DNA of 64,000 nt from Octopus sinensis (lineage: Eukaryota), in assembly GCF_006345805.1 (NCBI RefSeq), contig NC_043016.1:21824001-21888000 (forward strand). The letters are read 5' to 3'. The notes under the pieces were generated by a model, which worked only from the letters and a program-made list of their open reading frames with translations, did no database searches and had not been told where the DNA came from. Every line of letters starts with the position of its first letter. Position 1 is the stretch's first letter. A program made the translations under genes and the position numbers. Below, in pieces: positions 12,750 to 24,936 of the stretch.

Positions 12750-13337
12750 AACCTCGTGGCCTATGCCAGGGGTGTAACCTGCCCACTATTGTGTACCTTT
12801 CCTTCTTTGGACACTAAACTCTGCTTGCGAAGACCTGTTGAGGCAAGTGAAATCGAAATCAAATTCAATGACTGGTATCCGTGCTGGTGGGGCACAAAGA
12901 GCACCATCCGAGCGTGATTGTTGACAGAGCGGCTGACTGACTTCCGTGCCAGTGGCATGTGAAAGACACCATTCGGGCGTGAAAGTTGCCTGCGTCACCT
13001 TACTGACACTTGTGCCCCGTGCTTGTGGGGTGCTAAGAGGACCATCCGAGCGTGATTGTTGCCTGAGCGGCTAACTGGCTTCCGTGCCAGTGGCATGTAA
13101 AAGGTACCATACGAGCATGATTGTTACCAGCGTCGCCTTACTGACCCCCATGCCGGTGGCACGTAAAAGCACCCACTACACTCTCGGAGTGGTTAGCGTT
13201 AGGAAGGGCATCCAGCTGTAGAAACTCTGACAGATCAAGATTGGAGCCCGGTGCGGCCATCTGGGTTGCCAGTCCTCAGTCAAATCATCCAATCCATGCC
13301 AGTATGGAAAGTGGATGTTAAACAATGATGATGATAT
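12750..13337 (+). mobile_element. RTE LINE 3' UTR (60-65-bp tandem units) with (GAT)n tail
   Basis: Same sequence as the 3' end of the coding RTE copy at 22704-24430. Confidence 0.85.
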
Positions 13338-13379
13338 AGGGAGAGAAACATACATAATTACATACATGTATGCATGTTT

Positions 13380-14900
13380 CCCTAGAAGTAGTTGATGGCT
13401 TTTGTTATTTGGGAGATGTAATTAGCAAGGGAGGTCTTTGTTCTGATAGTATAGTAGCTAAAGTTTAAATGGATTGGGGAAAGTTCAGGGAGCTACTGCC
13501 ACTGTTAGCAACAAGGATATTTTTCCTTACAATGAAAGGTGACGCTTGTGTTAGAACTGCAATGGTGTGTGGTAGTGAGATACAGGTGCTAAATGCAGGG
13601 GACCTGAAAAGACTGTAAAGTAATGAAGTGAACATGTTTTATTGGGTGTGTAATGTCAGTGTGAAGGCACATGGCTCAGTGGTTAAAGTGTTGACCTTAT
13701 GATCGTGAGGTTGCGAGTTCAATTCTCGGACTGGGCTGCATGTTGTGTTCTTGAACAAGACACTTTATTTCACATTGCTCTACTTATCTCAGCTGTATAA
13801 ATGAGTTGCAACATCATTGGTGCCAAGCTGTATCAGCCTTTGCCTTTCCCTTGGATAACATCAGTGGTATGGAGAGGGGAGGCCGGTATGCATGGACGAC
13901 TGCTGGCCATCCAGAAGCAACCTTGCCTGGACTTGTGCCTCGGAGGGTAACTTTCTAGGTGCAATCCCATGGTCATTCATGACCAAAGGGCTCTCCCCAA
14001 TGTCAGCGTGTAAGAATGACAGTATAAATGTGTTGAGAGAACAACTATGAATAAGAGGAGTCAGATGTGTTCAATGGACACATGATGCATATGGATGAGG
14101 ACAATTGTATAAAGAAGTGTTGGTCACTAAATGTGGATTAATTTGTAGAAGAGAGAAATCCAGGAAGACACGGGACAAAAGAACTGTGAGTCTCATAGAG
14201 GACATGACAAAACACTGGCCACCTCAGTGAAACATGAATTCTGGAGTGTTGTGTATGTGTATATAAGCACAAATAGGCCCTTCACCTCAAATTTCTCTTC
14301 CATCTATCTTTCTTTCACTGCAGTTCTTCCATGATACCACTTCATTTTTCTTACTTCCCAGAATCACTACTTCATTTGATAACCATTCTTCATCTCATAA
14401 TATCATTCTCTCCTCCCACATATTACACTGATCACTCCACTGCTGAACACCAAATTATCTCTCCTCGTGCACAACACATGCCTCTCTCTTCTGCAACCTA
14501 CCCAACTACATGTCATCACTCTCACTCTCTCTCTCATTCACTCCAATGTCAAGTGTATCATCATTATCCACCATTCCCTCACCTTTGCATCCTATCTAAT
14601 CTTTACATTTGTTACCTACCTTCCCCCCACTTGCTTCCCAATACAGCCTTGCAAACCCTAACCCACTCACAGTTTTACTTCTTTTGGCCCCACTCATTTC
14701 TACTCATGTCATACATTGAAAGGCCACCTGAATACTGCATCACCACTATTTATCTCTTTACAGCTCCTACTGATCATGCTCACCCTCTCTTCTAAATGTC
14801 AGTTGCTCTGTTGCTCCTTTATAGGAAACCTGCTCAGTTTCCTTCTCACATACTTTAACTCCTTCATCTCTAAGCATATGGTGACCTCATGCCCACCTCA
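13380..14900 (+). mobile_element. RTE LINE ORF2 C-terminus plus C/T-rich 3' region, interrupted by a SINE
   Basis: CVRTAMVCGSE-like and RLCSMDT motifs on either side of the SINE. A similar C/T-rich tract follows the RTE fragment at 49700-50400. Confidence 0.6.
13663..13998 (+). mobile_element. tRNA-derived SINE with target-site duplication
   Basis: A box TGGCTCAGTGG, B box GAGTTCAATTC. TSD AATGTCAG(T/C)GT at 13652-13662 and 13999-14009. Confidence 0.85.
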
Positions 14901-15069
14901 AAGGTTCATAGTCTTGTGAGGTGCATGGTTATCTCACTAGTGTTGGTGGTATAAAAAATTACTCAGTGCATGCTGTAAAACAGCTGGTGTTAGGAAGGGC
15001 ATCCAGCCATATAAATCATGCCAAAGTAGATAGGAGAATTTGGTGCAGTCTTTGAAGGAAGCTGGTTAT

Positions 15070-15420
15070 GTAATCCCTGATTAAGTTCAGTAGAACATGA
15101 CCCTGTATAGTATTAGAAATGTTATCAGCTGTTTCTGTACATCTATAAATTTTTTTTTTTTAGGCATTGCCTTTCAAGTGAACATAATTTACTCTTACAG
15201 TTACAATAATTCTTATTAATACTAACCCTGTGCTTGCTATTGGCTGAAGTATTAAGTACTCTATATATGTTACTACGTATTACTCTATGGATATTATTAA
15301 TTTCACTATTGGTTAAATTGGGTGTGTCAGATTTGTTACTCTGTTCAGTTATCTATCTACCTTACAGTAGGCTCTCTATTGTTTTCATTCCTATTGTTAG
15401 CCAAACAGGTTTTATTATCA
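15070..15420 (-). mobile_element. Degenerate Penelope-like fragment (Cys linker before GIY-YIG)
   Basis: Translation TPNLTN...CNCKSKLCSLERQCL...IYRC resembles the CNCxxKxxCPLxxxCL motif of Penelope/Poseidon proteins. Confidence 0.45.
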
Positions 15421-17289
15421 CACTAGAATTACTCATATTATATTCTCACATATCCATATAGTTATTATTACCACCAGTCATATTATTACAGAAAAACATA
15501 GTAATGGCTGATGGCTTTCTTATTACTATGTAGGGTCATGTTCTAATGACTTTAAGCAGAGATTATCTAGCCACATTCCTTTATTCAAAAATAGGGAAAA
15601 AATGAATTGTACAAGTTTGAATGGGTTCATCTGGTCTTTAAATGATAAAGACACTACATGAACAATTATTAGTAGCACTTCACTGTATAAAATTGGGAAC
15701 TCAAAGTATAACCTATGCTTGGAAGAAATATTCCATATTTTTACCTCTAATTGCTGGTTATTAAATCACTGAAATGAATTAGCTCTGAAATGTGTGCATT
15801 CATTTAAAAAAAGTATTGAAGTACTTTCTAAATAAAGTTTTTTTTTTTTTAAATAGCATATCACATAAATAGAAGTACACATAAGTTATCCTAATCAAAT
15901 AATCATAGATTTACTCTAGTTAGATTTTAACAATCACACATTAAGCCTTAAAATGATAGGGGGATTTTTTTGTGTGGATTATGACTAAATATGATTAGAA
16001 TTTCAACTTACTTTACTCATCTCTATCAATTCTGTTTCTAATATTCAAAAAAGTATAAAATTTTTATTACTTTAGGCTGGTCTGAATACTTAAATTAAAA
16101 CAATATTTATTTCCTCTTTATCTCTTATATCCTCTTTTTAAAAATCCTTTTCAATGTATCTACTTACTTTATATGGTGTTATTTTATCCTCATTATGAGT
16201 GGTCAGTGATGTGAATGCGTCCTGACCTAATTAAAGTTTATTTCTACGACTAAGTATATAAAATAATCTATTCCTCTAAATTCTTAAAAGGTCATTCTAA
16301 GTTTAAATAATACTCGAACAATAGCCATATATTTCAAAGCAATTTTTACTGTCATGTACCCTAAGATTTTATGATCTTTCACCTAGAATATACTTTAAGA
16401 AGGACAGTCTAACACTGGCATCCTCAGTTTGCTTCACCCACCCACATGGATAAAATCTTGAACAAAGTTGCATAGGAATGTCAGCCACTGATGCATTTGT
16501 AATGCAAGTGAACCAACAAAATGCACATAAACGCTACATCAAAGGACATTAGGACACTCAGCAGAAATATGTGTCCTATTGGAATTTAATGAGAATAATA
16601 CTGTAATAAATAAGTTTTGAAGATGTATAATTATCCGTTCATCTTTATGATGACTTGATTATATATTCTGTATGCTGTATGAAATTCAGTGAAGCAAATT
16701 CAGAATTTAAACTATTGAGTGAAGTACCATGTAACTCTTTATTTTAAATAATTCTATATGTTCCCTATCATTTAATGCAGTTTGCAAGATCTGAATTATA
16801 TCAGAGTGATAGTAAAGTACCTGCCTGAATTTCAGATCCTTATTCTTTTACATTTTACGTGTGTATATATATGCAGATATACTGCTGAAAGCCAGGAAAC
16901 TGTAGTTTTGTCTTTAGAAAACATCTCATGTAGATGTGTAGTATTAAAAAACACAGAAATATATCAGTAGCAAACTAACAGTGTTTAGTGGTGGTGGTGG
17001 AATTGTTAAGTACATACTTCCATATTGTCAAGGCTACCATTCACTAGTAACCACAACCAGAAGTCGAAGCAAATTTAGCTTTTACTGATATAGAAAAATA
17101 GTGTCGTAATTAGCTGTATTAGTTCAAAATAATATTCTGTATATCATACATAATGCAGATATATTGCTGAAAGCCTGGAAACTATGGCATTTATTTTGTG
17201 AAAGCATATACACATACACATATATCTTACCCATTCACAAAAGTGCACACATATGCATATTCTTTCAAAGAGATATTAACAGGCACACA

Positions 17290-17560
17290 TCATCATCATC
17301 ATCATCATCGTTTAACGTCCGTTTTCCGCGCTAGCACAGGTTGGACGGTTCGACCGGGGTCTGGGAAGCCAGGGCTGCACCAGGCTCCAGTCTGATCTGG
17401 CAGTTTCTACAGCTGGATGCCCTTCCTAACGCCAACCACTCCGCGAGTGTAGTGGGTGCTTTTTACGTGTCACCCGCACAGGTGCCAGAGGTGTCTGGCA
17501 TCGGCCACGATTGGTTGGTGCTTTTAACATGCCACCTGTAGGTACACTGTCATACACTTG
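17290..17560 (-). mobile_element. RTE 3' end
   Basis: (CAT)n CGTTTAACGTCCG...GGATGCCCTTCCTAACGCC, reverse complement of the RTE tail. Confidence 0.88.
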
Positions 17561-17589
17561 ATGTGAATTATTATATTTTGATGTACATC

Positions 17590-17880
17590 AAAATAAAAAT
17601 CAAATGGAAATTGTAGCTGAGATACCCGTGCCGGTGGCACGTAAAAAGCACCATCCGATCATGGCCATTGCCAGCTAACCCTGGCACCTGTGCCAGTGGC
17701 ACATAAAAAGCACCCACTACACTCATGGAGTGGTTGGCGTTAGGAAGGGCATCCAGCTGTAGAAACACTGCCAGAGCAGACTGGAGCTTGGTGCAGCCTC
17801 CTGGCTTCCCAGACCCCGGTCGAACTGTCCAATCCATGCTAGGATGGAAAACAGACGTTAAACGATGATGATGATGATGA
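17590..17880 (+). mobile_element. RTE 3' end
   Basis: AGGAAGGGCATCCAGCTGTAGAAAC...GACGTTAAACGATGATGAT. Confidence 0.88.
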
Positions 17881-18499
17881 TATGTTATAATTAGGGAGCA
17901 ATACATATAATAGTTCATACTTTAAATAACACAAATAAGCCATATCTTATTGAGAATTAGCAAATGCAAATGGCATAAACATTGAAGAAATGTGAAAATA
18001 ACAAAGAAAGAAAATAGCAATAGATTATTAGTACAAATCGGTACAATATCAAAGTTCAGGTGAATATTTACAGAAAACATATTGTTTTCTAACTATTAAC
18101 ATAATCTGATAAATTATAATAATTAATTAATTTTGTTTATGAATTTGTTTTGCAAGATTCTTGATGTGAAATCGTGTGTTGAAACAGATATTGTTATATT
18201 TCAGAGCAGTCATATGCACTGTATATTTGTTCTTCACTCATTTATTATTGTTCTTATTTTGTCTTCCATTGATGGAAGAGTTACTGAAGAGGTCACACAC
18301 AGAAGTATCTTTGGTAATGTAAACAAGAAAGGTAGTGGTAACAGGATGTATCAGATGGCATTTTCCTTTCTGGCTTGTATGCATTGCTCAGCTGCAGTGA
18401 CTCTGTTGGTCTCATGTGTACCAGAACCTTTTCAGACTACTGTGCATCATTCTCCTCTAGCCACTGAAGTCCTTCAGTGTATTTTTGTATATGTATTAC

Positions 18500-19226
18500 T
18501 CTTTTACTGGTTTCAGTCACTGCCTTTAGCTGAGCAAATCGACCCCAGGACTTGTTCTTTGTAAGCCTAGTACTTATTTTATTGGTCTCTTTGCCGAACC
18601 ACTAAGTTACGGGGGCGTAAACACACCAGCATCGGTTGTCAAACAATGTTGGGGAGACAAACACAAACATACAAACATACACACACACATACATATATTT
18701 ATATTATATTTATATATATATCGAAATCGATCAACATCAATGGAAATTGTAGCTGTGATACCAGTGCTGGTGGCACGTAAGCGAACCATCCAAACGTGGA
18801 CGTTGCCAGCCTCGCCCGGCCCCCGTGGCGGTGGCACATAAAAAGCACCATCCGAACGTGGCCATTTGCCAGCCCCATCTGGCACATAAAAATCACCCAC
18901 TACACTCACGGAGTGGTTGGTGTTAGGAAGGGCATCTAGCCGTAGAAACATTGCCAGATCAGACTGGGCCTAGTGCAGCCTTCTGGCTTCCCAGACCCCA
19001 GTTGAACTGTCCAACCAATGCTACCATGGAAAGCAGACGCTAAATGATGATGATGATATATACATATATACGATGGGCTTCTTTCAGTTTCTGTTTACCA
19101 AATCCACTCACAAGGCTTTGGTCAGCCCAAGGCTATAGTAGAAGCCACTTGCCCAAGGTGCCATGCAGTGGGACTGAACCCAGAACCATGTGGTTTGTAA
19201 GCAAACTACTTACCACACAACCACTC
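18500..19226 (-). mobile_element. Octopus-type tRNA-derived SINE split by an RTE 3' end (+, 18721-19057) inserted in its central microsatellite
   Basis: Tail 18500-18690 and head 19070-19226 match the intact SINE copies at 61231-62113. Confidence 0.8.
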
Positions 19227-19240
19227 ATATATATATATAT

Positions 19241-19355
<115 letters not shown>

Positions 19356-19371
19356 ATATATATATAATATA

Positions 19372-19409
<38 letters not shown>

Positions 19410-19412
<3 letters not shown>

Positions 19413-19990
19413 CATTCTTCATGGTCTCCTCGCACCATTCCCCTTCTTCTCTCTCTTCCTCTTGCTCCTCCTCCCCCATTCCCGTCGTCCATCTGCGACG
19501 ATACTTCCGTCGTAACTGCTATCCTGTCTTTTCTCGCCCGCCTTCTAAGGCCACTGGTCGACATTCTTTCTCTCTCGTCGCCCACTATAATCCAGCGTTT
19601 GCATTACTTTTTTCGTCTGGCGTAAACAGCCCTTCTTATCTTGTTCTCCTTGTCCTGTCTCTCACTGTTATATATTTATTTTTCAACTGTTTATATGTTT
19701 GTACTGTCGTTACCGTCTTGTTTTTTTTACCATTTTTTACCCCTCTGCGAAAAGATCTCAGAATTTTAATTGATTTGCTTTTCGCAGGAAGGAAGTTTCT
19801 TCGAAGTATACGTCTCGCTTTTATCCTTCGAAACGTAGAGTAGATGAAACCTTAGCGACTGAAGAAGGGGATTTTTCGTTGTGCTTATTGTCCTGTATCT
19901 CTTTTTTTCTTTTTTGCTTGTCCTGTTCCTTGGTTTGTGTCTATATTTTTCGTCTCTCTATGTGTTCGACGTCTTTTTGGTGTCCTGTAC
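19410..19990 (+). mobile_element. CpG-rich, TA-flanked non-coding repeat, possibly a Penelope pseudo-LTR
   Basis: Flanked by (TA)n on both sides. Contains CGAAAC and CTGAAGA hammerhead half-motifs (19795-19865). Confidence 0.4.
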
Positions 19991-20283
19991 ACATATATGC
20001 GTGTATATGTACATGTAGAGGTAGGTACGTACATATATGTTTATATATATGCATATGTTCTATTTTATTAACATATATATATATATATTATATATATATA
20101 TTATATATATATAAATAAGCCTCCAATAATACTATATTTGTTCCACGTCCTCACGTTGTTGGGTTTTTTGTGCTTTCATGTTTGGATTAACTACATATAT
20201 ATATGTATATATATATATATTATATATATATATATATATATGTATGAATGTGTATATATATATATATATATATTTATATTATT

Positions 20284-20614
20284 CTTTTACTATTTCAGTC
20301 ATTTGACTGCGGCCATGCTGGAGCACCGCCTAGTCGAGCAAATCGACTCCAGAACTTATTCTTTGTAAGCCTAGTACTTATTCTATCAGTTACTTTTACC
20401 GAACTGCTAAGTTACGGGGACGTAAACACACCGGAATCGATTGTCAAGCGATGTTGGGGGGACAAACACAGACATGCAAACACACACACATATATACGAC
20501 GGGCTTCTTTCAGTTTCCGTCTACCAAATCCACTCACAAGGCTTTGGTCGGCCCGAGGCTATAGTAGAAGTCATTTGCCCAATGTACGACGCAGTGGGAC
20601 TGAACCGGAACCAT
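20284..20614 (-). mobile_element. Octopus-type tRNA-derived SINE, near complete
   Basis: TTTCAGTCATTTGACTGCGGCCATGCTGGAGCACCGCC...CCAAATCCACTCACAAGGCTTTGGTCGGCC...GGGACTGAACC. Confidence 0.85.
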
Positions 20615-22010
20615 ATATGTATATATATTTTAATTTGTATACATGTTAAATAAATAAATGGATAAATAAATTAGTGAATGAATGAATAAATAAAGTGATA
20701 CTAATTTTTTTTTTAAATTAGAAAATTAATAGGTGCATAAGGTTGTGGTAAATTTTAAAGTGATCGATGATGACGTGAAGAAAATTTCTTTTTCTTTGTG
20801 ATATTTACCCAAACTTTATATGACAATATTCTTTAACGTAAGGGCAAATTTTGTTATTAATACTGAACGATTTGTAACCTTTTATTTAAACTGAATGGTC
20901 TGTAGCATTAAATTAGTATATTAATGAGAATATTTATAATATTTCAGTAGATTAATAAATAATTCTTTTATTAAGCACCATAATATATTTGTATTAAGTG
21001 CAAACAATAACTATATTCGTAGTTAAATTTAAGATATAAATATTAATTATGCTATTACTTTATATAAAATGATAATAAGTATATAAATTTAATTTAATAA
21101 TAATAGTATATAAATAATTCTATAAAAGGCCCTATCGTGATTAAAAGCATTTCTATTGTAAGTACGTATTTCCGGTTATTTTTTCCGCAAGCAATGAACG
21201 TATAATTGATTTTCAGTGGTTATTTTCCTCTGATAAACGAAGTAAATTTGGGTTTTTCAATTGTTAATTACCAAGAATAATGTTTATATTAGTACACATA
21301 AATAGATTAGAATGATTCTTAATATATATATATATATATCTTTTTGAATAATTATTGTATATTGCATATTGAATATTTCTTGTTGACCCTATAATATTTA
21401 GCATATATATCATTATATCATGTTTTTTTCGAACATAATATGATGATATATATATACTAAAAATTATAGAAATATAAAACTGTTGGCTTTCTCAAATTTA
21501 TTTTCTTCTGTAAAAACTTAGTAAAATTCTGATTATTAATTTATTTATATATCATTATTTTTATGTAAGAAATAGTATAGTGTATACATTTGTTTAACAC
21601 CGACATATTTAGAAGAAACTTGAAATAATTGTTGATTAAAAGATTTTTTTAATGAATTTCGTGTGTGAATAGGAATATACTCATTTTTTTATAATAGTAT
21701 ATAGAATTTATAAAATAATATATTTCCTACTCCATAAATTCTTAACATTTTATATAGATTTTATATAATAAAAATGGGCAGTGATTATTTTAGATTAAAT
21801 ATCTTTAGATAAATAACATTAAAGATGCATACGAACATTTTATGACAATTATAATTATTTTGTTTATTTAATTTAGTTTTTCTATTTGAATTTTGGTTTT
21901 GTTCTTATTTATTATATTTTAAAATTATTAACACTCACGCTTGTAAACATAGGTATATTTTTAATCTATTTCATGATTTAACAGTCCTTGCATGAAATTT
22001 TTGTCCAGTG

Positions 22011-22095
22011 TTTTTGTCTGACGAGAGTCATATATATAAATGGGAACTTTTTATAAATTCACTAGTGGATATGAATCGAAACAAATTGTAGGATA
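22011..22095 (+). ncRNA. Hammerhead-ribozyme-like motif (core intact, stem I weak)
   Basis: CTGACGA 22018-22024; stem II GAGTCATAT/ATATGAATC (8 of 9 pairs); GAAA 22078-22081; stem III CAAATTG; GUA triplet; stem I poorly paired. Confidence 0.5.
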
Positions 22096-22194
22096 TATAT
22101 ATATTTGTTTTAATTATTTGTTATGTTACATCTTTTTATAGTATAATTATATTATAATGTTAATAAATTTATAATATTCTTTAAATTTTCTTAT

Positions 22195-22365
22195 TTGTTT
22201 CAGTCATTTAGAGTACCGCTAGAGTACTGCTTTTTTTGTTCGAGAAATCGACCCCAGGACTTATTCTTTGTTAGCCTAGTACTTATTCTAACAGTCGCTT
22301 TTGCTGAACCACTAAGTTACGGGGACGTAAACACCCACATCAGTTGTCAAGCGATGGTGAGGGGA
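22195..22365 (-). mobile_element. SINE 3' tail fragment
   Basis: Matches the SINE tails at 20284 and 61231. Confidence 0.75.
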
Positions 22366-22393
22366 CAAATTAAAAATAATATATTGATATATA

Positions 22394-22620
22394 TCTATAT
22401 ATATAAAACGGAGAATTTGTGTCTGTCTGTCTGTGTGTCTGAATGTTTGCATCACTAAAACTCGAGAACTACCTAACCGATTTCATTCAAATTTTACTTT
22501 TGCTTTATTTAGGTCCATGCAGTGTCATGGTCCAAAAAAATCTCTTACACTATTTCAGTATTACGTGTCAAAAGGGAAACAATAACATCTCTATTGTAAT
22601 GTAAGATAATACGTTCAGTT
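22394..22620 (+). mobile_element. Helitron-like 5' end fragment
   Basis: A|TCTATATATATAAAA start, the same as the Helitron at 32914. No CTAG end seen. Confidence 0.55.
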
Positions 22621-22703
22621 ATATATACACACACACAGATTTATATATATATATTATGTGTATATATATAATATATATATTATATATAAATTATATATAA
22701 TAT

Positions 22704-24430
22704 ATATGAGGAAACTAGGGATAGATGAATGGATAGTGAGAGCTGTGCAAGCCATGTGTAGGGACACTGTCAGTAAGGTGAGGGTTGGCAACGAGTGCAG
22801 TGAAGAATTCCGGGTAGGGGTCCACCAAGTTCAATTTTTAGCCCCCCTCCTATTTATCATAGTCTCCAAGCAATAACAGAGGAATTCAAGACAAGATGCC
22901 CCTGGGAGCTCCTCTATGCTGATGACCTTGCTCTAATTGCTGAGTCACTATCAGAACTAGAGAAGTTTCAGGTGTGGAAACAAGGATTAGAATCGAAGGG
23001 CCTTAGAGTCAGCCTAGCTAAAACCAAAGTCCTAATAACTACAAAGGCAGGCAAACTACAAATCCCTTCAGGTAGATGGCCCTGCTCGATCTGTAGAAAA
23101 AGATTAGGTAGAAACTCCATAAGATGTACCCAGTGTAAGCTATGGACACATAAGAGGCACAGCAATATCGAAGGAAGGCTAAACTAGGAAGATAGTTTTT
23201 GTATGTGGCAGATGCTCAGGAGCAATAAACACTGAAAATGTGCAGAGAACAACTTCCGCCACATTCCAGGGAGAAAAACTAGAAGTAGTTGATAGATTCC
23301 GTTACGTAGGTGACCAAGTCAGGATGCGCTGAAATGGTAGCTGGTAGAATAAGAATAGCCTGGGCAAATTTCAGAGAGCTCTTACTTCTGCTGATGACAA
23401 AGGGCCTCTCGCTCAGAGTAAAAGGTAGACTGTATGATGCATGTGTATGAACAGCCATGCTACATGGCAGTGAAACATGGGCCGTGACTACTGAGGACAT
23501 GCATAAGCTCGCAAGGAATGAAGCCAGTATGATCCAATGGATGTGTAATGTCAGTGTGCATACTCAACAGAGTATTAGTACCTTGAGAGAAAAGTTGGAC
23601 CTAAGAAGCATCAGATGTGGTGTGCAAGAGAGACGACTGCACTGGTATGGTATGTGGCGAGAATGGATGAGGAAAGCTGTGTGAAAAAGTGCCAAACCCT
23701 AGTGGTTGAGGGAGACCTAGGAAGACCTGGGATGAAGTGGTGAAGGCCACTTCGAACATTAGGCCTCACCGAGGCAATGACTAGTGACTGAGATTTTTAG
23801 AAATATGCTGTGCTTGAGAAGACCTGGCAAGCCAAGTGCGACCATAACCTTGTGGCCTATGCCAGGGGTGTAACCAGCCTAGTTATGCGTACCTTTCCTT
23901 CATTGGACACCAAACTCTGCTTGCGAAGACCTGTTGAGGTAAGTGAAATTGAAAAGCGAAATCAAATTTGATGACTGGCATCCGTGCCAGTGGAGCACTA
24001 AAAGTACCATCCGAGCGTGATCGTTGCCAGAGCAGTTAACTGGCTTCTGTGCCGGTGAACGTAAGCGGCACCATTCGAGCGTGATTGTTACCAGCGTCGC
24101 CTTACTGGCACTTGTGCTGGTGGAACGTGAAAAATCATTTGAGTGAGGCCATTGCCAGTGCAGCTCAAGTGGCTCTTGTGCAGGTGGCACATAAAAAAAT
24201 ACCATTTAAGCACGGCTGTTACCAGTACTGCCTGACTGGCCCTTGTGCCAGTGGCACATAAAAGCACCCACTACACTTTTGGAGTGGTTGGCGTTAGGAA
24301 GGGCATCCAGCTGCAGAAACCCTGCCAGATCAGATTGGAGCCTGGTGCAGCCATCTGGGTTGCCAGTCCTCAGTCAAACTGTCCAACCCATGCTAGCATG
24401 GAAAGTGGACATTAAACGATGATGATGATT
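22704..24430 (+). mobile_element. RTE (BovB-like) LINE, 5'-truncated: RT C-terminal half, 3' UTR tandem units, (GAT)n tail
   Basis: ELLYADDLALIAES; VSLAKTKVL; CSICRKRLGRNSIRCTQC; MLHGSETW; QERRLHWYG. Confidence 0.92.
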
Positions 24431-24555
24431 ATATACATATACATATATTATATATATTATGTGTGTATATATATATATTATGCATATATATAATATATGT
24501 ATATATATTATGTATGTATATATATTATGTATGTATATATATTATGTATATATAT

Positions 24556-24793
24556 ATATTCTGTTTTGTCTGGGGAGAGTCATTCTCTTTTGGTGCCTTA
24601 TAATTTAAGACACTCACTGGTAAAATTTCCACTTATTTATTTTTCTAAAATTTTCATTGCATCTTGCAAAAGATTGTAAGATGCAATGAAAATTTTAGAA
24701 AAATAAAAAAGAAACAAGTTAAAATTTTACTGGTGAGTGTGAGAAAATTATAAAGCACCAAAAGAGAATGACTCCTTAGACACAACAGAATAT
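24556..24793. repeat. Fold-back palindrome (~115-bp arms)
   Basis: ATATTCTG..GGAGAGTCATTCTCTTTTGGTGC...CATCTTGC / GTAAGATG...GCACCAAAAGAGAATGACTCC..CAGAATAT. Confidence 0.85.
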
Positions 24794-24936
24794 GCTTCAA
24801 CACAAACACACATAAAGAATCTTGCAAACCAAATCCAAAAACGAATATATATATATATATATTATGGTAATAAATTTACTTCTAAGAGAGGATAAATTTT
24901 TTTATGTATATATACATATATATAGATTTATTTATA

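Noticed and set aside
12880-13180. CRISPR-like look of the repeated GTGCCNGTGGCACGTAAAA units (also 23970-24270 and 53760-54090)
   Set aside because: The intervening segments are homologous to each other, the array is the 3' UTR of an RTE LINE, and there are no cas genes.
13663-13740. tRNA gene (also 38714-38790)
   Set aside because: A and B boxes are present, but there is no convincing cloverleaf and each continues into a SINE body flanked by a TSD.
18133-18564. 143-aa ORF
   Set aside because: Non-ATG start, the 3' end runs into a SINE tail, and there is no recognisable homology or clear splice signal.
20650-22190. Mitochondrial insertion (NUMT)
   Set aside because: AT-rich, but I found no recognisable mitochondrial ORF, tRNA or rRNA motif.
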